Shown here in pieces: positions 19,032 to 29,450 of a DNA stretch of 64,000 bases. The DNA is from Gammaproteobacteria bacterium (GTDB lineage: Bacteria > Pseudomonadota > Gammaproteobacteria > Eutrophobiales > Eutrophobiaceae), in the NCBI GenBank assembly GCA_965243205.1, contig CBDEUK010000002.1, positions 1,248,001-1,312,000 of the forward strand, read 5' to 3'. A program made the position numbers and the translations under genes. The notes under the pieces were generated by a model. That model was not told the DNA's origin, made no database searches, and saw only the letters and a program-made list of their open reading frames with translations. Numbering within the stretch: the stretch's first letter is position 1; the number at the start of each line of letters is the position of its first letter.

Positions 19032-19654
19032 TATATCTTATGTTTCAGATGTTTTTATGCTTGGGCATATCTTTTTTAATAGGTTTTCTATTAGGCGGAC
19101 TAATTTCTTACAAAATAATTAAAGAAAAACTCCAAAATCAAATAAATATGTTAGGTGTTCAACTAAAAAGCTGTAAAGATAAATGTGCCTCTTTGGAACA
19201 AGATGATTCGAAAAGCCAACTTGATGCCATTGCTAATGAACTTTCTGCATTGAAAACTTCTATCACTGAAAAAGATGAAACCATTGCAACATTGGAATCG
19301 CAATTAAAAATCAGCCAACAAACTAAAGAACGTTCTGGAGGCAGTTTATTAGAACGTGCCGACTTTGATGAACATCGCCCTAAAATTTATGAAGATATGC
19401 CAAAACATTTCTTCACCAGCCGACCAACCAAGGTTGATGATTTAAAACGCATATCAGGTGTTGGACCTGTTTTAGAAAAAACCTTAAATGATTTAGGCAT
19501 CTACCAATTTAGACAAATCGCTTTGTTTAACCAAGAAGATATCGATTGGGTTTCAAAACACTTAGAACAATTCAAAGGTCGAATTGAACGTGATGATTGG
19601 GTCAATCAAGCACATGAACTGTATAAGGAAAAATACGGTAAGGATCCTGAATAA
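19028..19654 (+). CDS. Membrane-anchored coiled-coil protein with C-terminal HhH domain (COG3743-like)
   Basis: N-terminal TM; DDLKRISGVGPVLEKTLNDLGIYQFRQIA...RIERDDWVNQA. Confidence 0.75.
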   Translation: MIYLMFQMFLCLGISFLIGFLLGGLISYKIIKEKLQNQINMLGVQLKSCKDKCASLEQDDSKSQLDAIANELSALKTSITEKDETIATLESQLKISQQTKERSGGSLLERADFDEHRPKIYEDMPKHFFTSRPTKVDDLKRISGVGPVLEKTLNDLGIYQFRQIALFNQEDIDWVSKHLEQFKGRIERDDWVNQAHELYKEKYGKDPE

Positions 19655-19676
19655 TCATACTTATCGCTAGTTATCT

Positions 19677-20177
19677 ATGAGTCGCTGGCGTCCTCCAGCT
19701 AAAAAGTCCTCTGCCTATATTACGCCTCAAGGTTATAAACAACTTGAGGATGAATATAAAACCTTGTGGGAAAAGCGTGCTGAAGTCACTGTTGCTGTCA
19801 CGGCCGCTGCGGCTGAAGGCGACCGTTCAGAAAACGCCGAGTACATTTATCGCAAAAAACAATTACGCGAGATTGATCGACGCATCACCTATTTACAAAA
19901 ACGCATGCCCAAGCTAACGGTTGTTGATAAAACCGCTGATGATGGAAAAATATATTTTGGATGTTCAGTCACATTGGAAGAGTTAGATTCTGGTAATGAA
20001 GTATCTTATAAAATTGTTGGGGCTGATGAAATTGATACTGAAAACAATTATATCAGTATCGATGCTCCTTTATCTCGTGCCCTACTCGGCAAATCAATCG
20101 ACGATGACATCGTTATCACAATCAATGGAGACACAAAAGAATATATCGTATTAGAAATACAATCTGAACAAGGTTAG
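19677..20177 (+). CDS. greB: Transcription elongation factor GreB
   Basis: AAAEGDRSENAEYIYRKKQLREIDRR. Confidence 0.93.
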   Translation: MSRWRPPAKKSSAYITPQGYKQLEDEYKTLWEKRAEVTVAVTAAAAEGDRSENAEYIYRKKQLREIDRRITYLQKRMPKLTVVDKTADDGKIYFGCSVTLEELDSGNEVSYKIVGADEIDTENNYISIDAPLSRALLGKSIDDDIVITINGDTKEYIVLEIQSEQG

Positions 20178-20246
20178 TTTGCCCTTTTTACAATTCAAAA
20201 ATAAATCCGTACCATATCCGATATTATAAACTTGGAGACATTAGAA

Positions 20247-20708
20247 ATGAGTTGGAATCTTTATTTATCGGGAGAAATTCATACTGATTGGCGCGAACGT
20301 ATTGCTGAAGGTATTAAACAAAATAATTTGCCCATCACCTTGTCATCACCTATTACCGACCACGAATCCAGTGATGATTGTGGTGATCGAATCTTAGGTG
20401 CTGAAGATGCAGCATTTTGGAAAGACCATAAGGCGTCGAAAATTAATTCGATCCGCACCCGTAACTTAATTGAAAAAGCTGATGTAGTTGTCGTGCGATT
20501 TGGCGATAAATACAAACAATGGAATGCAGCTTTTGATGCAGGATATGCAGCAGCGTTAGGCAAACCTATGATCACATTACATGACCCTGCGCTAACTCAT
20601 GCGTTAAAAGAAGTGGATGCCGCAGCACTTGCCGTCAGTGAAACACCTGAACAAGTTGTTAATATTATGAAATATGTCATTGCGGGCGAACTTCCTTTAG
20701 CGAATTGA
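20247..20708 (+). CDS. YtoQ family protein
   Basis: YLSGEIHTDWRE, FGDKYKQWNAAFDAG, HALKEVD. Confidence 0.85.
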   Translation: MSWNLYLSGEIHTDWRERIAEGIKQNNLPITLSSPITDHESSDDCGDRILGAEDAAFWKDHKASKINSIRTRNLIEKADVVVVRFGDKYKQWNAAFDAGYAAALGKPMITLHDPALTHALKEVDAAALAVSETPEQVVNIMKYVIAGELPLAN

Positions 20709-20712
20709 TAAT

Positions 20713-21249
20713 ATGCTTATTTATCTCGAAGTTATTTTACTGATTGTCGGCTTGCCTATTCTTTGGCTGATCGTCAGTTATAACTTATTAGTTCGAGATA
20801 AAAACCGTGTTCTCAGTGCATGGTCAGATATTGATGTGCAACTCAAACGTCGTCATGACTTAATTCCTAAATTAATTGAAGCCGTTAAACAATATGCAAA
20901 ATATGAATCCGACACAATGGCTGCCGTTACTCAACTGCGTACAGAGAGTGAACGACTAGAAGATGTGAAACAAAAAGCTGGCGTTGAAGAAAGTATCTCA
21001 ATAAACCTTTTAAAAATCATTGCTATTGCAGAAGACTACCCTGAACTCAAAGCCAACAATTCATTTTTAGATCTACAAAAACAACTGACCGATGTTGAAA
21101 ACACTATTCAATATGCACGTCGTTATTACAATGGCGCTGTACGCAATTTAAATATACGCATCGAACAATTCCCTGATATGTTCGTTGCGAAGTTTTTTAA
21201 TTATCAAAAAGCTGATTTTTTTGAGTTCGATGAAACATCGAGTCGTTAA
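20713..21249 (+). CDS. lemA: LemA family protein
   Basis: AWSDIDVQLKRRHDLIP, EDYPELKAN, ARRYYN. Confidence 0.92.
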   Translation: MLIYLEVILLIVGLPILWLIVSYNLLVRDKNRVLSAWSDIDVQLKRRHDLIPKLIEAVKQYAKYESDTMAAVTQLRTESERLEDVKQKAGVEESISINLLKIIAIAEDYPELKANNSFLDLQKQLTDVENTIQYARRYYNGAVRNLNIRIEQFPDMFVAKFFNYQKADFFEFDETSSR

Positions 21250-23134
21250 ATGATAAAATATCTCTATTCTTTCTTATTTCTTATCTTTCAATAGTTTTGC
21301 TCAAGAACGTATTACCCATTTTCACAGTGAAATACGTGTTGATAAAAATTCCGAAATGCAAGTAACTGAACATATCGACGTTATTGCTGGCGGCATAAAA
21401 ATCAAACGTGGCATTTATCGTGACTTCCCTACCAAATACAAAGATCGATTTAATAATAATTACAATGTAGGTTTCGATGTTAAATCGGTATTACGTAATG
21501 ACTATACCGAAGATTATCATACCAAGCCTCAATCAAATGGTGTACGGGTCTATTTTGGCAATAAGGATCGAACTCTTTCTAAAGGACAACATAAATATTT
21601 ATTACGTTATACGACGAATCGACAATTAGGTTTCTTTGAAAATCATGATGAATTGTATTGGAACGTGACAGGGAATGACTGGGATTTTCCAATCGACAAA
21701 GCCAGTGCAGAAATTTATCTCCCCGATGGTGTTCCAAGAGATAAGATTACGCTGGAAGCTTACACCGGTTACCAAGGTGATAAAGGACAAGATTTTCAAG
21801 CTCACATAGGGGTAGGAAATAAAATCACCTTCGAAACAACTCGCCCTCTAAAAAGTAGAGAAGGTTTAACGATCGTAGTGAGCTTCCCAAAAGGATATAT
21901 AGACGAACCCACCGCGCAAGAAAAACTTGCTTATTTGTTTAATGATAATAAACATTTATTTTATGGGTTTATTGGTCTTTTAGTTTTATTAGCTTATTAC
22001 GTCTATAGTTGGTTAAACGTCGGCAAAGATCCCGAAAAAGGTGTGGTTATACCGATTTATCATCCACCTCATAATTATTCGCCAGCATCTATGCGTTTTA
22101 TAGAACGTATGTCTTATGATAATAATTGTTTTGCCAGCGCAATTATTAACTTAGCTGTGAAAGGTTTTTTAACTATAAAAGAAAATTCCAGTAAAAATTA
22201 TGTAATTACAAAAACCGGGCAATCAGCGGATATGGCTCCAGGAGAAAAAGCCCTCAGTGATTCATTATTTAGTAGTGGTGATAGTATTACTCTAAAACAA
22301 TCTAATCATTCACGCATAAGCTCTGCAATCAGTGCCCATAAATCCTCTTTAAAAAATGATTATGAAAAAAAATATTTTATTAAAAATACAGCCTATTTTG
22401 TTATCGGTATTTTAATTAGCATTATTGTTCTATCCGTTATTTTATTTAGTAAATCAAGCGCTGGAGGAAACCCTGAAGCTTTATTTTTTATCTTATGGCT
22501 AACGCCTTGGACTTTTGCTTGTATGGCGATGCTTAAACAAGTTTGGAATCATTACTCGACAGGTAATTATGGTGGTATGTTTGGTAGTTTATTGTTTGTG
22601 GGGCCATTCTTATTTTTTGAAGTGATGGCAATAATCATGTTTGCTGCTCTTACTTCAATTTCACTCATTGCTATGCTTCTAATAGTTTGTGGTGTCAATT
22701 ATTGTTTTTATGAATGGTTAAAAAAACCTACTTATGCAGGACGCAAACTATTGGATAAAGTAGAAGGCTTTCGTGAATATATTGAATTGGCTGAAAAGCA
22801 AGAACTCGATTACAAACACCCCAAAGGAAAATCACCAGAGTTATTCGAAGAATATTTACCTTATGCACTTGCACTGAATGTTGAAGATAGTTGGGCTCGA
22901 CAATTTGCTGATGTACTAAAAAGTACAACGATCAATGGTGAAGATTATTCACCTTCTTGGTACAGTGGTAGACATTGGAACCATTCCAATATTTCTGGTT
23001 TTACATCGTCATTAAATTCTAATTTATCTTCGGCTATTACATTTTCATCAACCGCACCAGGTTCATCTTCTGGCAGCGGTGGTGGCGGCTTCTCTGGAGG
23101 TGGCGGTGGTGGCGGTGGCGGTGGTGGCTGGTAA
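21250..23134 (+). CDS. DUF2207 membrane protein with an apparent frameshift in the signal peptide
   Basis: HGI-like RGIYRDFP, DELYWNVTG, LPYALAL and Gly-rich C-terminal tail; the ATG at 21250 is one base out of frame with SFNSFAQERITHF. Confidence 0.8.
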
Positions 23135-23145
23135 GCTTAAACTGA

Positions 23146-24096
23146 TTAATGCTTTACTAATTCAGCGCCATAAATATGCAGTTCATTTAATTCTTTTGCA
23201 TAGTTTGTAAAAAAACCTATCGCGGCCATTTTAGTTAAATCCATTTTACGTGTTGCAGGCGCATTATAAATATCATCAATGGATAAATTAATTATGCTAT
23301 TACCAGGCTGTATTTCTATTGCACGACTAAATCGATCATTGTTATCGTACTTATTATTTAAGTGAGGTAAATCATGTACTCGACAATAAATAGATAAAGC
23401 TTTGTCACTTGGATTAAATACTTTTATTTTCACTTCATCATAATCTTCCCAATCTAAAGGAAAAAAACCCATAAACAAGGTTGAATACTCTGCTTTAGAA
23501 AAAACCACTTTAAAATAACTTTTAGAATCAATTAAAATTTTCTTAAACGAATGAATTTTTTTTGTTTCAAATTTTGTACTTTCAAATGGTAACGAAGGAT
23601 CGATTAATATTGGAAAGTTTTGATACGTATAATAATCATTGACTGGATATAAAACGATTTTTTTATGTTGGAATAGAGTTCCAGAAACAATCAGTATAAT
23701 TAATGGCACTCTTAATGATTTTAATACAGTATTTTTTTTATTCGAATGGATTAAGACAGCTAAGCTTGTACCCGTCAAATCACTGACCACATCTCCCATA
23801 TCAGCATCCCTTCCCACCAACGTCTGCATAAATTCAATAAAGAGACCAAATACTAAAGCAATAAATAATAAGACCAAAAATTGAACAATGAACGATAAAG
23901 CTCGAAGTGGTTTAATAAATCTTAGACAAAGATAGGTCCAAATATAAAACGCAACAACATGACCAAAATTCCATACACCACCAAACAAACGTGTGTAATT
24001 AAAATCAAAACGAGAGGTAAAACTAAAAATCAATGCAATCACTGCCAAAGCAATGATTGTACGATCAGTATTATTAAGCTTAGTATTTTCGAGCAA
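23146..24096 (-). CDS. VanZ-like membrane protein with periplasmic domain
   Basis: WNFGHVVAF, IEFMQ..VGRDADMGDV. Confidence 0.7.
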   Translation of the reverse strand: MLENTKLNNTDRTIIALAVIALIFSFTSRFDFNYTRLFGGVWNFGHVVAFYIWTYLCLRFIKPLRALSFIVQFLVLLFIALVFGLFIEFMQTLVGRDADMGDVVSDLTGTSLAVLIHSNKKNTVLKSLRVPLIILIVSGTLFQHKKIVLYPVNDYYTYQNFPILIDPSLPFESTKFETKKIHSFKKILIDSKSYFKVVFSKAEYSTLFMGFFPLDWEDYDEVKIKVFNPSDKALSIYCRVHDLPHLNNKYDNNDRFSRAIEIQPGNSIINLSIDDIYNAPATRKMDLTKMAAIGFFTNYAKELNELHIYGAELVKH

Positions 24097-24108
24097 AAAA
24101 GATTACAA

Positions 24109-24564
24109 CTATGAGATTTGTTTATTATCGTCTTCTGTCTTATTAGACTTACTATAACCCGTATCTTGACGATTAATATTCACAGCATGTTTTTGTTGAT
24201 AAACATCAAATACTTTATCTGCGGTTAAACCTGCGCAAATCATTGCTGACACTAAAAAATGTAATATATCGATCAGTTCGACTCGGATATTCTGTAAATC
24301 GATTTCATCTTTACTCCACCATTTCCATAATAACTCTTCGTCCAACTCAATAACTTCTTCGCCCATCGCCTTTGTGTAATTGCGCAGCCACTGATTCGGT
24401 AACTCATTCACTTTTAACTTGCCGTCTTCCACCGCATCAAAAATCGATTTCATATTTAATGGCGCACCGTCTAAATCCTTAAGATTATTTTTATTAAAAA
24501 CATAATCATTCAAATCGGTTTGCATCTCGAAGATTTTACTTAACATATCTTGGCTATCAGTCAT
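24109..24564 (-). CDS. Dimeric all-alpha dUTPase family protein
   Basis: WKWWSK, VELIDILHFLVS, KHAVNINRQ..GY. Confidence 0.8.
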   Translation of the reverse strand: MTDSQDMLSKIFEMQTDLNDYVFNKNNLKDLDGAPLNMKSIFDAVEDGKLKVNELPNQWLRNYTKAMGEEVIELDEELLWKWWSKDEIDLQNIRVELIDILHFLVSAMICAGLTADKVFDVYQQKHAVNINRQDTGYSKSNKTEDDNKQIS

Positions 24565-24700
24565 TATTGTGTCCTGTGTTATACGAGGAAGAATTTAAAC
24601 GGCTGATATCTTATCATCGAATTGCAAAAGAGATGAAGTTCAGCATCGTTTTTTTTGCTATAATCGCATCTCCTCATAACATGTTTGAAACTTCCCAGCG

Positions 24701-26599
24701 ATGGCCTTAGTAACACTCGATTCCGTTTCCATTGAATTCGGCGAACAAAAAATTCTCAACGAAGCCTCATTAGCGATTGAAGCTAATGAACGGATTTGCA
24801 TCATCGGTCGTAATGGCGCGGGTAAATCGACCTTATTAAAACTGATCCATGGAGAAATCGAACCCGATTCTGGCAAAATTCAGCGTCAGAACACGATTCG
24901 CATCAGTCAATTACAACAAAAGCTACCGCAAGAATTGGATTTAACTGTCAGTGAATACGTCAAAACCGGGTTAGCCGATTTACAAATCAAGTTGGATCGT
25001 TACTCCAAATTATCCGAACAAGAATTGGATGATGCTGGGATGCGTGAAATGGTCGAACTACAACAAGACATTGAAGCGCATGGTGGTTGGAGTATTGACC
25101 AACGTGTCGAGACCATACTCTCTGAACTTGAATTACCTGTTGAGCTACAACTCAAAAGGCTGTCAGGTGGTTGGCAACGTCGAGTTTCTTTAGCAAGGTC
25201 TTTAGTCAGTAATCCTGATTTATTATTACTCGATGAACCAACCAACCATCTCGATCTCAGCACAATTCAATGGTTAGAAAAACGCATCAATGGATTCAAA
25301 GGCAGCATTTTATTTATTACTCATGACCGTGCATTTTTAAAACGCTTGGCCAACCGCATTATCGAACTCGACCGCGGCAAACTAAGTAGTTGGCCTGGTG
25401 GTTACGAAAAATATCTTTCGAATAAAGAACAAGCTTTAGAAGATGAACAAAAGAACAATGCCTTATTCGATAAACGTTTAGCCGAAGAAGAAGCTTGGAT
25501 TCGTCAAGGCATCAAAGCACGTCGCACTCGTAATGAAGGTAGAGTTCGAGCATTAATGGAAATGCGTAAAGAATATGCGAAACGTATTAAGCCACAAGCA
25601 AAAGCCCGAGTATATGTCGAAGAAGCAGAAAACTCTGGACGCAAAGTGATCGAAGCCCGTAATCTAGAGCATGGTTATGAAGGCAAAACCTTAATCGATG
25701 GTTTATCGATCAAAGTCATGCGAGGCGATCGAATTGGCTTAGTCGGTAACAATGGTGTAGGTAAAAGTACCTTATTAAAAATTCTGTTAGCTAAAATTCA
25801 GCCCGATGCAGGCATTGTAAAACATGGCACTAATTTAGAAATTGCCTACTTCGATCAATTACGTCGACAAATCGACCCAGAAAAAACTGTTGCAGAGTTT
25901 GTAGGTGATGATCAAGAGTACGTCAAAATAAATGGTAAAGAGCGACATGTGATTGGTTATCTGAAAGGTTTTTTATTCAGTCCAAAACGCGCCATGAGTA
26001 AACTAAAAGTCTTATCTGGTGGTGAACACAACCGCGTCATCTTAGCCAAGTTATTAATTCGACCAAGTAACTTATTGGTATTAGATGAACCCACTAATGA
26101 TTTAGATGTTGAAACCATGGAAGTATTGGAAGAAAAGCTGTGTGAATATAAAGGCACCTTAATTGTGGTAAGTCATGATAGAGAATTTTTAGATAACGTA
26201 GTCACCAGTATTTTAGTATTTGAATCGTCAGGTAAAATCGAACCCTACGTAGGTGGTTTCAGTGATTGGGAACGACATGGCAAACAATTAGCTGAAACCG
26301 ATCATATAAAAATGCAACACGATGCTAATGCAAACAAAAAAAATCAACGCAGCAGCAATAAAAAACTCAGTTATAAATTGCAATTAGAATTAGATGGCTT
26401 GCCAGAAATCATTGAAAATATAGAAGACGAAATTAAATCATTACAAGAAACCGTTAACTCAACCGAATTCTTTGAAAAGTCTTATGATGAACAAGCCCCT
26501 ACTCTAAAGACTTTATCTGAAAAACAAACTCTACTTGAACAATCCGTTGATCGTTGGTCTGAACTCGAAGCTGAACAAGAACGACTTGCAGGAAATTAA
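24701..26599 (+). CDS. uup: ABC-F ATPase Uup
   Basis: Two ABC domains, EEAWIRQGIKARRTRNEGRVRAL linker, KKLSYKLQ C-terminal coil. Confidence 0.92.
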   Translation: MALVTLDSVSIEFGEQKILNEASLAIEANERICIIGRNGAGKSTLLKLIHGEIEPDSGKIQRQNTIRISQLQQKLPQELDLTVSEYVKTGLADLQIKLDRYSKLSEQELDDAGMREMVELQQDIEAHGGWSIDQRVETILSELELPVELQLKRLSGGWQRRVSLARSLVSNPDLLLLDEPTNHLDLSTIQWLEKRINGFKGSILFITHDRAFLKRLANRIIELDRGKLSSWPGGYEKYLSNKEQALEDEQKNNALFDKRLAEEEAWIRQGIKARRTRNEGRVRALMEMRKEYAKRIKPQAKARVYVEEAENSGRKVIEARNLEHGYEGKTLIDGLSIKVMRGDRIGLVGNNGVGKSTLLKILLAKIQPDAGIVKHGTNLEIAYFDQLRRQIDPEKTVAEFVGDDQEYVKINGKERHVIGYLKGFLFSPKRAMSKLKVLSGGEHNRVILAKLLIRPSNLLVLDEPTNDLDVETMEVLEEKLCEYKGTLIVVSHDREFLDNVVTSILVFESSGKIEPYVGGFSDWERHGKQLAETDHIKMQHDANANKKNQRSSNKKLSYKLQLELDGLPEIIENIEDEIKSLQETVNSTEFFEKSYDEQAPTLKTLSEKQTLLEQSVDRWSELEAEQERLAGN

Positions 26600-26604
26600 T
26601 TCAC

Positions 26605-27489
26605 TTGAATAAACAATTTCTCATTCATGGTGCCTTACCTGGCTTTGGTTCTGCTTTGTGTTTTGCCGTTATGGCAAGTTTAATAAAAATCGCCGCTCAA
26701 GATCTTTCATCACAACAATTAGTATTTTTTCGCGCCGTGATTGGTCTTATCATTATTTTACCTATCATCATTTATAAAGGATTTGGTTTTATAAAAACGA
26801 ATAAATTAAAATTACATATCTTTCGTGGTTTAGTCAGTATTTGTGCTATGTCGTGTTTCTTTTATTCCATCAGTCATATCGGAATTTCAGAGGCAACGTT
26901 ATTAAATGCTACATCACCGTTATTCATTGGTTTGTTGGCTAGTTGGTTTCTGAAAGAAAAATTAGATGGTTACAGCCTTGTTGCCTTACCACTTGGATTT
27001 ATTGGAGTAGCTTTTATTTTAAAACCAGGTACGGAATTATTTAATATCGCATCAGTAATCGGATTGGCTTCAGGTTTGTTTATAGGCGGCGCAAAAATCC
27101 TGGTTCGATATATGTCAGATACGGAACCTGTCTTGCGTACAGTTTTTTACTTTAGTGTGTTTTCTACCATATATGCAGCCATTCCAATGTTATGGTTATG
27201 GCAGCCGCCAACTCAACAAGCCATTTACATTATGATCCTTGCGAGTATATGCGCAACAGGTGGACAAACCTTATTAACGTATTCATTTACTCATAATGAA
27301 GCTATCAGTGTTGCACCCTTCACCTATGTGACCGTGATGATTGCCACCTTAATCGGTTGGATAGTATGGAATGAATTACCCGATTTAGGTTCAACTTTTG
27401 GTATTATTCTAGTTATCGTTTCGTGTTTGATTATTATAATGCAAAAGAAATTACCTAATCCTTGGAAAAAGAAACAACCACCAGTATGA
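26605..27489 (+). CDS. EamA/DMT family transporter
   Basis: About ten TM segments, FFRAVIG, LHIFRG, APFTY. Confidence 0.85.
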   Translation: MNKQFLIHGALPGFGSALCFAVMASLIKIAAQDLSSQQLVFFRAVIGLIIILPIIIYKGFGFIKTNKLKLHIFRGLVSICAMSCFFYSISHIGISEATLLNATSPLFIGLLASWFLKEKLDGYSLVALPLGFIGVAFILKPGTELFNIASVIGLASGLFIGGAKILVRYMSDTEPVLRTVFYFSVFSTIYAAIPMLWLWQPPTQQAIYIMILASICATGGQTLLTYSFTHNEAISVAPFTYVTVMIATLIGWIVWNELPDLGSTFGIILVIVSCLIIIMQKKLPNPWKKKQPPV

Positions 27490-28316
27490 AGGTCTACGAC
27501 TTACATACGCATACCTTACATTCTGATGGTAAGTTATCGGTTGAAGATTTAATCAATCGTGCCAAAGAAAAAGGCGTGGACGTTCTCTCCATTACCGATC
27601 ATGATACGATAAAAGCATATCAAGAGATTTCTGAGTTACAACAAGATAACTTACATATTATCCCAGGTATTGAATTTTCGACCTACTGGAAAAAGATCGG
27701 CATACATATTCTTGGGTTAAATTTGGATTTAACCTCCAAAATCTTAAACGATACTATTCAACAACAATTAGAACTTCGCGAACAACGTGCTATAAAAATA
27801 GTAAATCGACTGAATCAAAAACATTCACTCGAGATTGATTATAACGAATTAAAATCATTTGCTAATACCGATAACATCGGCCGACCACATATTGCCGAAT
27901 ACTTAATCGAACAGAAAAAAATTAAAAACTTTAACCAAGCCTTTGATAAATATCTTAGCAATAAAAAACTCGGTGAAGTGAAATACGAATGGTTAGACTT
28001 AGAAACCATTGTCAAAACAATTACCAAAGCTAACGGCATAGCCGTGATTGCTCACCCACTAAAATATAAATTAACCCGTACGAAATTAATTGAACTGATA
28101 ACAGACTTTAAAACATTTGGTGGTAAAGGGATCGAAATAGTATCAGGCAGGCAAGATCCATATCAAACTAAAGCCTTGCTTAAAATAACCCAACAACAAG
28201 AACTCTACGGTTCCTGTGGTTCTGACTTCCACACCCCAACAACCCCTTGGTCTGAATTAGGCAAGTTTGAAAAATTACCTAATGATTGTATGTCAATCTG
28301 GGAATTGTTTAACTAA
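27486..28316 (+). CDS. PHP domain phosphoesterase (YciV/TrpH-like)
   Basis: DLHTHTLHSDG, ITDHDT, GRPHIA, AHP, GSDFH. Confidence 0.9.
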   Translation: MKVYDLHTHTLHSDGKLSVEDLINRAKEKGVDVLSITDHDTIKAYQEISELQQDNLHIIPGIEFSTYWKKIGIHILGLNLDLTSKILNDTIQQQLELREQRAIKIVNRLNQKHSLEIDYNELKSFANTDNIGRPHIAEYLIEQKKIKNFNQAFDKYLSNKKLGEVKYEWLDLETIVKTITKANGIAVIAHPLKYKLTRTKLIELITDFKTFGGKGIEIVSGRQDPYQTKALLKITQQQELYGSCGSDFHTPTTPWSELGKFEKLPNDCMSIWELFN

Positions 28317-28324
28317 ACACTTAG

Positions 28325-28353
28325 TTGACACTACTATTACCAACATATAGATT
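28325..28353 (+). promoter_or_regulatory. sigma70 promoter facing the cassette array (Pc-like)
   Basis: TTGACA-17 bp-TAGATT. Confidence 0.65.
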
Positions 28354-28447
28354 TTAGATATTGAGGAATTAAACCCGTATAACAGAAACGCAAAAAAATC
28401 TTCTCAGAAATCATTTGAAAAAAAGGAGGTTGCAAAACGCTCAAGTC

Positions 28448-28496
28448 AATGAATTCCATTATAAGGAATTCATTCCCGTATAATAGACTGTTATGA
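28448..28496 (+). other. attI-like entry site with upstream palindrome
   Basis: AATGAATTCC-N7-GGAATTCATT palindrome, then CCCGTATAATAGACT-GTTATGA; GTTATGA pairs with the TCATAAT end of cassette 1. Confidence 0.5.
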
Positions 28497-28888
28497 GTAA
28501 ATTTATAAATAATACAATATTAATTATCTTACTTCTCGTGAGTAATACTTTGTTCGCTGAAATAGAATCAGTTGATATATTCAATGGTGAATTTCAGCAT
28601 ATATTAAAAATTCAAGAAGAACCAAAAATTTCCAAATTCAATAAACTTTGGAAAACTAAGAAGGAAATGAAAGTCAAAATAAAAATAAATTGGGCACTAG
28701 GATACAGACTTTATTTAAGAGGAGACTCTGACTCAGGTCTTTGGCTATGCTATGACGGTTGGTTAATGCCATTGTCGGCAAAAACAAAGTCTGGCTTATA
28801 TAAGTTAGAATCTAACTCCAATTTTGAAGCTTTATTTAGCCCAACTCATAATAAACCATTCCAGCCGACCGCTTACACGGCCGGCTGA
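28493..28888 (+). CDS. Cassette 1: secreted hypothetical protein
   Basis: Signal peptide (LFA-E); ORF reads into attC1 (HNKPFQPT). Confidence 0.7.
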   Translation: MSKFINNTILIILLLVSNTLFAEIESVDIFNGEFQHILKIQEEPKISKFNKLWKTKKEMKVKIKINWALGYRLYLRGDSDSGLWLCYDGWLMPLSAKTKSGLYKLESNSNFEALFSPTHNKPFQPTAYTAG

Positions 28889-28903
28889 ATTCAACCGTTA
28901 GGT
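28846..28903 (+). repeat. attC site 1 (58 bp)
   Basis: TCATAAT-aaaccattccagccg...ccggctgaattcaacc-GTTAGGT. Confidence 0.85.
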
Positions 28904-28928
28904 TTCAAATAACAAAAAAGGAGAAATT

Positions 28929-29450
28929 ATGTCTGCAATCATGGTAGATATTGAAAGCGACGGACCAATCCCAGGAGATTATTCAATGGTTTCCTTTGGT
29001 GCAGTCATTGTTGATCAAAAATTAGATAAAACGTTTTACGGTAAAATTAAACCAATAAGTGAGAAATGGATACCTGAAGCGCTCGCTGTTTCAGGTCATA
29101 CTCGTGAGGAAACTCTCGAGTTTGGAGAACCGGTGAAAGTAATGGGAGACTTTGCGAGCTGGTTGAAAGAAAATAGTAATGGTAAACCAATATTCTATAG
29201 CGATAATAATGGTTTTGATTGGCAATTTATCAATTGGTACTTTCACCACTTTACTGGAAGTAACCCCTTTGGGTTTAGCTCTACGAATTTAGGGTCTTTA
29301 TACAAAGGTATGGTAAAAGATATATTCAAAAACTTTAAACATCTGAGAAAAACAAAACATACTCACAATCCAGTAGATGATGCATTGGGTAATGCTGAAG
29401 CACTTTTGCACTTAAAGAATGAGATGGGTTTAAAAATTAGTCTTAAGTAA
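28929..29450 (+). CDS. Cassette 2: DEDDh 3'-5' exonuclease/exoribonuclease
   Basis: VDIESDGP, GFDWQF, HNPVDDA. Confidence 0.85.
   Translation: MSAIMVDIESDGPIPGDYSMVSFGAVIVDQKLDKTFYGKIKPISEKWIPEALAVSGHTREETLEFGEPVKVMGDFASWLKENSNGKPIFYSDNNGFDWQFINWYFHHFTGSNPFGFSSTNLGSLYKGMVKDIFKNFKHLRKTKHTHNPVDDALGNAEALLHLKNEMGLKISLK

Noticed and set aside
23073-23131. GGT/GGC tandem repeat
   Set aside because: It encodes the normal Gly-rich tail of DUF2207 proteins.
28317-28490. Integrase (intI) or its remnant upstream of the array
   Set aside because: Only about 170 bp, with no open frame or tyrosine recombinase motif that I could see on either strand.
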